A stretch of 64,000 nucleotides of DNA from a bacterium (lineage in GTDB: Bacteria > Electryoneota > Electryoneia > Electryoneales > Electryoneaceae): positions 1-64,000 of the forward strand of contig JAZDLX010000007.1 of the NCBI GenBank assembly GCA_043801585.1, in the 5' to 3' direction. The notes under the pieces are model-generated. The model was given only the letters and a program-made list of their open reading frames with translations, was not told where the DNA came from and made no database searches. The first letter of the stretch is position 1. Each line of letters opens with the position of its first letter. Below are positions 59,590 through 64,000 of the stretch, in pieces. Both the position numbers and the translations under genes were made by a program.

Positions 59590-60269
59590 GTTCCGAATCG
59601 ATCAATTCCGCCTTCCCTGATCTGTGGGTGGAGCAAGCGGCCTACCCGGCGCTGATGCCACGCAGCAGCGAAGACGTGATGGGTGTCGTCCAGTGGTGCC
59701 GTGATCACGGAATGCGCATCTTCCCCGTGGGAAGCGGACATTCGCTGGGAGAGAAATTCGCCGTTCCAAACGGTGTTGTCAGCATGATCTCTCTCGCGCG
59801 GGATGGTGTTTCAGAACCGGATACACATGACCTGGCGATCGAGGTGGAAGCGGGCGTTCCTGCCGTTCTCCTTCATCAGCTTGTGCATGACGCCGGTCTG
59901 CGCCTTGACGGTTGGCCGGAATCATACCCGGGAACGGTCGGAGGGCTTTTCGCCGGAGCACGGGGTCTTGAGTTACGTCACCTTGTCCTCGGCATGGATA
60001 TCATCGACGGCCGCGGCCGCAGCCTCAGATTCGGAGGACGAGTTCGCAAGAACGTGAGTGGGTTTGATGTGCCCGGTGTGATGATCGGAAGCAGGGGGAT
60101 GCTTGGCTGGATCGATCGCCTCTACCTGAAATTGAACCCGGGTGGCTCCCCCTTGCTGGATCGCAGGGTGCCCACGCCACTCGGACAGATCACGTCCCCA
60201 AAGGGACTTTACCAACGTGTCGCCGTTTCGCTGGATCCTGACGGCGTTTTTCTAAAGCCCGGGGAGTAA
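59586..60269 (+). CDS. FAD-binding (PCMH) protein, GlcE-like, short
   Basis: VEAGV, GTVGG, GGRVRKNVSGFD and GSRGMLG. Confidence 0.8.
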   Translation: MSSESINSAFPDLWVEQAAYPALMPRSSEDVMGVVQWCRDHGMRIFPVGSGHSLGEKFAVPNGVVSMISLARDGVSEPDTHDLAIEVEAGVPAVLLHQLVHDAGLRLDGWPESYPGTVGGLFAGARGLELRHLVLGMDIIDGRGRSLRFGGRVRKNVSGFDVPGVMIGSRGMLGWIDRLYLKLNPGGSPLLDRRVPTPLGQITSPKGLYQRVAVSLDPDGVFLKPGE

Positions 60270-60276
60270 TTGCGGA

Positions 60277-63200
60277 ATGCAGCGGCGACCCTGGGTCATC
60301 GTCGTCACGCTGTTGGCTTTTGCATTGGCTTTCAGCGTCCTCGTGGCAATCCGTTACCTTAATCGCTCGGACCGTCTCCGGCAGCAGATCATCAAGCAAC
60401 TGCAGGACGTTCCTGGCGAGATCTCCATCGGATCGGCAAGTATCGCCGCGACAACCCTGCAACTCACCAACATATCGTACCGAAGTCCCGACCATGGCAT
60501 CACAGCCCAGGTGAAACGAATCAGCATTCGTTTCTCCCTGGGAAACTGGATCGTCCACCAGGGACTGTTCGAACGGCTCATTGAAAGCGTGACCATCATC
60601 GAACCCGAGATCACCGTTCGACCGGCGATGATGAAAGGAAACGTCGGGAAGGAAGACAGTTTAAAAACTTCGGATTATTCACGGTTGAATTTTCTCCGGC
60701 ATGCAATCCTTCGCGGAGGACATCTTCGTGTTATAGACCGCTCGGGGTCTGCATGGATGTCAATGCACAATCTCGACGGGTGGGGACAGGGGGTCGATGA
60801 AAATCGCATTCGAGTACAGCTTGCGGGAAGCCTCTATCGAACGGAAGAACAGAATTTCACGGTTGAAGCCACAGTCGGTTTGAATCCACTGAAAATAGAA
60901 TCGGACGTCGCGTTGCGCTCCTACGATCTGTCGTCGATTGAGCTTCCCCCTGGATCGCCCCTTGAATCGCCCGTCGGCATGTTTTCCTCGCATGCCCGTC
61001 TTGTCTGGGACCTGGACAATTGGGATCTGACCGCGAACATGCAGCTTGTTGACGGAGGTTTTCGAATCCGCCGGGGACCGCGAGTCACCGATGTGAACCT
61101 CAGTGGCATCGCCGAGGATGGCCTCCTGACCATCGGCGGCGAAATGGTCACGGAAGGCGACCCGGGAACGTTGGAAGCCGCGATATCCTATTCGAACGGT
61201 GTTCGATTATCTGTTACCGGGAACATCCCGGAGGTGCACCTCGGCACGCACCTGGGGACGTTCACCCCTTTGCCGAAGTCGCGGCAGCCGACGGGGACGA
61301 TTCACGGAATCACGGATTTTCGCTGGAATTCCGCGGACAGGAATTGGTCCTGGACCATCCGCGGGACCTCACCTTTGCTGGGGACGGTCGTTGGAAATTT
61401 TCACGATGTAAGTACCACTCTTCATTGGGATCGCGAAGCACACACCCTTCGATTCGATTCCCTGGCTGCAACATGGCAGGGCCTGACGCTGAACGCGACC
61501 GCGGTTTTTCAGCCACATCAGAAAGAGCGTTTCATCGTCAATGGCGATGTGGACGGGCGCTTCGACCTGACTGAATTGCCCGGTTGGGTCGTTCCGCTCG
61601 CAGAGAAAACGACTCATGGCCAGTTGAACATCCGCGAGGTCGTTGGAGATGGTTGGACTGTTTCGGGGACTGGGCGGATTCGCGACGATGACAACCCAGC
61701 CATCGGAGAGTATTCTGCAACGTACAGGGCGGAGGGGTACAAACTGCGCCTGGATCTCTATTCTCCTCAGCGGAGAAATGCCTGGGTGATGGTGGACCGG
61801 ATGGCCGAACGTCCGCTGAAAATAACCTTTCAGGATCCTCAGACCTTGGCGAATTGGTGGGATCAGGCTATAACGGTCCCATCCCGTATCGATGAGATCG
61901 AGACCAGGGCGACTGTCGAACTCTACCCCAAGGAGATCAGAGGGCAGGCCGATCTTTTCGATCCCGCCACCGGATTGGGTGTCCACCTTTTCGGCAGCCT
62001 GTTTGGACGTCTGAAAGAATCGGTGGCGGGAACCTATGGCTATCGGTTGAGCAGGCATGAACAACAGGTTGGCTATGGCGACTTCGATTTTGCCTATGGA
62101 GATGGCCTGCTCGACGTCAAACGTTTCAGCCTGATGGATTACCTCAGCTTTTCCGGACGAGTCGATCTGAAGGAACGCCGGTTCAACAAGCTTGAACTGA
62201 CAATCGAAGATCTTGACCTAAGTCACGTCGTACCTAGCATTTCGGCAATTCCTGAGAGCAGGATCGACGGAAAGGTCGGAGGGCAGGTTATGGTTGATGG
62301 ATCGTTCTCTCAGCCAACGATTGAAAGTCACTTTGAATTATACGATGGACGCTATGGAGACCTGAGTCAGTACTGGGGAGTGCTCACCTTGTCGACGAAC
62401 CTTCAGGGTGACGTATTCATCCGCCGTGGATTGTTGGGCCGTTCCGGCACCACCATCCTGAGTATGGAAGGTGGGTACAATATACCGAACGATCATTTCA
62501 ACATTCGCCTCGAAGCACCTCGAACGGATGCCGGGGCGCTGGCTGAAGCAGCGGCGGGAAAGAGAAACCTGCTGGATGGTCCGATTGCGCTTTCCGGGCA
62601 TCTGGGCGGTTCCCTCGCATTGCCTCAATGGACGGCGTCGATGAACATGGTTGATGCGAAAGTGGCCGGAATCGCGTTCGACGATGTGAACATTGAATTG
62701 CGAGGAGTGACTTCCGAGCGTCTTGGGCACATTCTTTACATTGACCGATTCACGATGCAGCGTGAAAACCGATACCAATTCACTGCGAGTGGTGCCGCCC
62801 CGATTACGCGGGGCGCCGGTCAGATTTCAGCACGGCTCGAAGGCGAAATGCTCGATGTCCTGCCGCAGTTGACCTCCTTTGTCAAGGGTGCGAGCGGTTC
62901 AGGTTTCATTGACTGGACGGTGACAGTTGTTGCCGGAAATGTCGCGGCGAGCAACGGCGAGATCCAGATCAAGAATGGAGATGTCAGTTTCCAGGATGTG
63001 TTCCCGACACTGAAGGACCTCGAGATCGATTTGAACGTGGGAGTGGACGGTTCCCTGACGATCAACAAATTCGATGGCATCTTCGGCGAGAATTCTCCTG
63101 CGGTGATCCGTAATGAACGTGGAACGCCGGACAATTCACAGAACCTGCCTATCATCCTTCAGGGGGTGGGCCTCGATCTGGGAGTTCTGAAGTTGAAAAC

Positions 63201-64000
63201 GCCTGCCGAGGGGGGGATCCCCATGAGGATTCCGGGCGTGATGACCACGGAAGACTACGGCAGGATCAAGTTCAGTGGTCGTGAAAATGGCGAATGGTTC
63301 CGAGTTTCCGGCCCCGTGGATAGTCTCCTGATGACCGGCAGCACGAGGATCGCAAGTACCAGGATGACCCTGCCTCCGATTCCCCGCAACGGCACGGGCT
63401 CTTCGACGAGTGCGCCGGGGGCTGGGCGGCCCCGTGCATCTGTGCGGGGAATTCTCACATTGCTCCGGAAGGCACGCTGGAACAGCCAGGTTCGGATCGC
63501 AGACAACGTTCACTATGAGCGTGATATTGTCGGTCTGGAAAACACCCCTGTTCTTGGTGCGTTCTCAGAGATCCTTTCCCAGATCACTGTGGATCTGACA
63601 CTGGATCCCACGGAGTCGAACCGTCCGTTGGAAGTGACCGGACGAGTTTCCAGCAACAACTTCCGTCTGGTTGGTGAACTTTCATCCACCCAGGGTCGAC
63701 TCGAACTACTCGATCTCAATTTCGATCTTCAACGGGCGGATGTCACCTTTGACAGAACTTCACTGCTTCCGGTTGTCAGCGGGAGGGCGGTGACCTACAC
63801 CGTGGAGGAATCGTCCGATCCGAACACCCCACGGTACAGCCGTGAACTCTACCTGACGCTGTACGTGATCGACCCGGTGACCGGGGAGCGAACGACTCGT
63901 GGCCGCTGGGGTGACTTTACCTTCGTCCTCGAGGATCAGGAGGGATCGAGCCAGGAACAGGTGTTGAACGCTCTCGGGTACCAGGCGGGGTCGCTGACCA
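60277..64000 (+). CDS. TamB/AsmA-like large envelope protein, runs off the window
   Basis: Reading frame from MQRRPWVIVVTLLAFALAF agrees with the frame at the window end (spot-checked, not every codon); one N-terminal TM followed by over 1200 aa of Gly-rich beta-strand sequence. Confidence 0.75.
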   Translation, partial: MQRRPWVIVVTLLAFALAFSVLVAIRYLNRSDRLRQQIIKQLQDVPGEISIGSASIAATTLQLTNISYRSPDHGITAQVKRISIRFSLGNWIVHQGLFERLIESVTIIEPEITVRPAMMKGNVGKEDSLKTSDYSRLNFLRHAILRGGHLRVIDRSGSAWMSMHNLDGWGQGVDENRIRVQLAGSLYRTEEQNFTVEATVGLNPLKIESDVALRSYDLSSIELPPGSPLESPVGMFSSHARLVWDLDNWDLTANMQLVDGGFRIRRGPRVTDVNLSGIAEDGLLTIGGEMVTEGDPGTLEAAISYSNGVRLSVTGNIPEVHLGTHLGTFTPLPKSRQPTGTIHGITDFRWNSADRNWSWTIRGTSPLLGTVVGNFHDVSTTLHWDREAHTLRFDSLAATWQGLTLNATAVFQPHQKERFIVNGDVDGRFDLTELPGWVVPLAEKTTHGQLNIREVVGDGWTVSGTGRIRDDDNPAIGEYSATYRAEGYKLRLDLYSPQRRNAWVMVDRMAERPLKITFQDPQTLANWWDQAITVPSRIDEIETRATVELYPKEIRGQADLFDPATGLGVHLFGSLFGRLKESVAGTYGYRLSRHEQQVGYGDFDFAYGDGLLDVKRFSLMDYLSFSGRVDLKERRFNKLELTIEDLDLSHVVPSISAIPESRIDGKVGGQVMVDGSFSQPTIESHFELYDGRYGDLSQYWGVLTLSTNLQGDVFIRRGLLGRSGTTILSMEGGYNIPNDHFNIRLEAPRTDAGALAEAAAGKRNLLDGPIALSGHLGGSLALPQWTASMNMVDAKVAGIAFDDVNIELRGVTSERLGHILYIDRFTMQRENRYQFTASGAAPITRGAGQISARLEGEMLDVLPQLTSFVKGASGSGFIDWTVTVVAGNVAASNGEIQIKNGDVSFQDVFPTLKDLEIDLNVGVDGSLTINKFDGIFGENSPAVIRNERGTPDNSQNLPIILQGVGLDLGVLKLKTPAEGGIPMRIPGVMTTEDYGRIKFSGRENGEWFRVSGPVDSLLMTGSTRIASTRMTLPPIPRNGTGSSTSAPGAGRPRASVRGILTLLRKARWNSQVRIADNVHYERDIVGLENTPVLGAFSEILSQITVDLTLDPTESNRPLEVTGRVSSNNFRLVGELSSTQGRLELLDLNFDLQRADVTFDRTSLLPVVSGRAVTYTVEESSDPNTPRYSRELYLTLYVIDPVTGERTTRGRWGDFTFVLEDQEGSSQEQVLNALGYQAGSLT

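Noticed and set aside
60190..63719. Many short ORFs in the track
   Set aside because: They are shadows of one long plus-strand CDS starting at 60277 that runs off the window.

Overview
A GC-rich bacterial chromosome segment whose gene content and order suggest the FCB superphylum (an inference, not a database result). It contains: a partial secreted GH31 glycosidase; a full nuoA-N complex I operon with a short NuoG and an AT-rich, hairpin-flanked GxxExxY insert; an island of exported zinc-ribbon, beta-barrel and lipoprotein genes; rpmE-DUF1385; nucleoside salvage genes; a triple-GT2/deacetylase envelope cluster; a heterodimeric ABC exporter; holA; an ECF sigma/anti-sigma pair; and a housekeeping run (deoB, rdgB, iscS, mnmA, panBC, short glmU, rsfS, argS, pfkB, mtnA, uppS, partial TamB-like gene). 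The best candidate for an undescribed system is 25.4-27.2 kb. There a consensus sigma54 promoter (minus strand) points into a non-canonical STAS gene and two YjfB-like small genes, faces a convergent consensus sigma28 promoter, and a second sigma28 promoter precedes a third small gene with a related C-terminal tail. The second candidate is a family of ACAGGAT-periodic inverted-repeat elements, one carrying a GxxExxY gene and two empty. No tRNA, rRNA or CRISPR array was recognised.
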